A DNA stretch of 25,116 nt from a virus (lineage: Duplodnaviria; Caudoviricetes), in the IMG/VR virus record IMGVR_UViG_3300027863_000165, positions 1 through 25,116 of that record. One strand, 5' to 3'. Shown piece after piece: positions 23,901-25,116 of this stretch (positions within the stretch are counted from its first letter, which is position 1; each line of letters starts with the position of its first letter). The translations under genes were made by a program, and so were the position numbers. The notes beneath the pieces were generated by a model. That model was not told the DNA's origin. It saw nothing but the letters and a program-made list of their open reading frames with translations, and ran no database searches.

Positions 23901-25116
23901 TCATTGTTGAGTCTTTGATGCCTTTTCTCACATCATTTATAAAATCAATGATCTTCTGACTCCAATGTCTATCGTCTTTTTCCCTAAACTCTGGAGATAA
24001 AGACAATGACAGCTCATTTATCTTATCTCCTAAGTAGGCGTCATATTTTACTGGATCTATATTCCCATCCTTATCGAGGAATCTATATTTGCCTTTAGCT
24101 ATATCTTCAAAGATATCATATGGGGATAGGTAGCCATAGCCTTGGAAGAAATTGATGATTCTATCAATGATGGATTTTATTTTATTAAAGACTTTACTGA
24201 CTATCTGCTGATATTTAGGAACGTCATCTAGTCTCTCAGTTGCATAATATTTAGCGAATGCGTCTGCAGCCTCTTCTTTCCAATGACGCTCTCTTCCACT
24301 AAAAGCTTTTTCTAGTATTTTCATTACATTCTTAGGTAATTGTCCAGAGTTAGTTAAAGCCTCCATTACTTCATGAAATGCTGTCCTTCTTATATTTGGA
24401 TCATTTCTTACAAGAAGAATGGCTGGCTTCTTTACATCTAATAATGTTGTTATTCCCTTGATAGAGGAAATGGTTTTTAGCAGATCTGATGTATCCTTTG
24501 GATAAACACCATGTCTAGCTAATGCATCTTTCAAACCTTCTGGAGTGACTCCTAACATCTTCAAAGCTTCTGTAAGCTCTTCCTTATCTACGAAAAGAAT
24601 CGGAACCTTATCACCAAGTATTCTCTGCATATGTCTATTAAGTTCATTGATCAAGGGTGAAGACAGCTTACTAGATAATTCTCCGTTCTTTGCTAGATCA
24701 GCTAACTCAGATTCTATTTTATCGGCTAAATTATTTCTCAAAGCTTTAAGAGCAAAGTCGTTATAGTCAGATCTTCCCGTGAGGAATGAATACGATTCCA
24801 TTTGATCTACTGCATATTTAATTGCGTCAATGGCACTAACTTCGCCTTTTTCGACTTTAGATGTGATATCATCTACTAGCTTCTGAAGCCTACCCATCTC
24901 TTTTCGTTCATCTGCAGTAATATCCCCTTTACGTAGTTTCTTAGCTAGATCACCCATCCGAATAAGGTCACGACCTACATCAAGCTCATTATAGTCCCTA
25001 AATGCTTCTGGGATTGTTTTTGCTCTTTCAACATCTAGATTATATACATTCGATCTACCTTCTATCTCGATAGATAGGTAAGTAGGTTTCTTTGTTTCTA
25101 TAGACAAAGGTAGTCT
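20911..25116 (-). CDS. C-terminal >=1400 aa of a large virion/DNA-ejection (polyvalent-type) protein; 5' end lies outside the window
   Basis: Frame stays open to the window edge; FHEVME...KEEAADAF zincin-like segment, YFPR motif, AEETSR..AAYRLA..G...EEA and Gly-rich hydrophobic helices typical of podovirus-type internal virion proteins. Confidence 0.7.
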   Translation of the reverse strand, partial: RLPLSIETKKPTYLSIEIEGRSNVYNLDVERAKTIPEAFRDYNELDVGRDLIRMGDLAKKLRKGDITADERKEMGRLQKLVDDITSKVEKGEVSAIDAIKYAVDQMESYSFLTGRSDYNDFALKALRNNLADKIESELADLAKNGELSSKLSSPLINELNRHMQRILGDKVPILFVDKEELTEALKMLGVTPEGLKDALARHGVYPKDTSDLLKTISSIKGITTLLDVKKPAILLVRNDPNIRRTAFHEVMEALTNSGQLPKNVMKILEKAFSGRERHWKEEAADAFAKYYATERLDDVPKYQQIVSKVFNKIKSIIDRIINFFQGYGYLSPYDIFEDIAKGKYRFLDKDGNIDPVKYDAYLGDKINELSLSLSPEFREKDDRHWSQKIIDFINDVRKGIKDSTMMSSFEKNFLPPQWIRREPIQKLLDIMIKSQESRNLAVYSTSKEFIDKYDGLSKDMKDKLDKAIIYSGELEVVLDDKELKDRFGLDDEAIGAYKEFKASMDKVFRNYITSKQRMIIDIISRMPGYRHITSEVKDKLIKSIIIEDPTNFVNTIKDIMNTTHKSIIHSISEFIDRFAMDNDIELSDKEKSELVDMLDDIVTNVDRLENYYDQLTKGFYFPRIRPNGRYAVKVYKYTTYIDSDRKEKTGWVDIYREHTKKGSTLRESVEATRIYNRVKRELQKQGYNVIEITDRNQLNEIKPEGDNDIVLIKDINEAPSSLFYDNVTNEAVMRYLKYITEDLEERTTDETKKEMLKEIIDHITSNIDIDLRRRSMALSRLIQRERRVEKLSNEEMMPIITGGYDKNVSRAFKQYVIAMSGNISRTNTARSIKQLFDNQDIRKQITQDPNLFEYVRDYIDAVGINASQLDRFSSMASSLLVSHFLGFRFSSAFVQLTQSALTGFSELQGFVKADADALRKYEPKRYLSASDAKLNEYLETHGNVIGRYFKSYMEAAKIMAQYIRNPSSEGLIKSLSEKLNLTEGELSLLTKLINSKVESAYVLDLHRETTGKVPAWMASFTKNSLWLFARAEETSRIAGALAAYRLAKEKGLTREEAIEFASKYIDRAYHIYNIFNKPLIALKKDTSSIVRMLTLLKNYQINFIGWAYDSLKRENGKRYADKVVTSALWHMIFGGLFGVPLLKEVANFFAWLLSKITGEPYDPEKAVVNYIKKNIGEDAGRMAEFGIMSLLGVDMSGSIRMDLLPKEWSETGIVDTILGAWRGVGTSFTEAKLALERGDTLRALTALSPVIIDKSLVAYQNVAKDEPIRTLYGTPITDPYGRPVKLSSSDMLLTLLGFRPVTLAESSSVFQATDTIKKFYTTKRNSIYSKIRYAKTYEDLNKIIEKDVNDYNMRVAKYGGAVPLITATSIKGVLKRAKGEPNKLAVLMDEWGELDELEEAS

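Noticed and set aside
21923-24766. Plus-strand ORFs 21923..22117, 23327..23587, 24545..24766
   Set aside because: Antisense shadows of the large minus-strand gene

Overview
A 25 kb piece of a tailed dsDNA bacteriophage (or prophage) genome. It is AT-rich, has strong GGAGG Shine-Dalgarno sites, and encodes Lys/Glu/Ile-rich proteins suggestive of a thermophilic host (inference). From left to right: (1) a short leftward operon of unknown genes with its own sigma70-type promoter and terminator, plus an isolated terminase small subunit; (2) a rightward putative early operon encoding an NxTPH-motif protein resembling Crn4-type ring nucleases, an apparently degenerate amidoligase, a beta-clamp homolog and a PAPS-reductase/SspD-DndC-like protein; (3) a full replication/recombination module with a winged-helix initiator carrying internal 22-bp iterons, DnaB helicase, primase, gp32-like SSB, SF2 helicase, RecA, three PD-(D/E)XK nucleases and a UDG-PolA fusion; (4) small unknown genes; and (5) the 3' part of a very large convergent virion/ejection-type protein that runs off the right edge. 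The strongest unexplained signal is a dispersed 14-bp palindrome, TGAAAGCGCTTTCA, which matches the CcpA cre / LacI-family operator consensus. It occurs 3 times exactly and 3 times nearly. One copy fills the spacer of the replication-operon promoter, which is followed by a structured leader containing a 22-aa uORF. All protein calls come from motif recognition by eye; no database searches were run.
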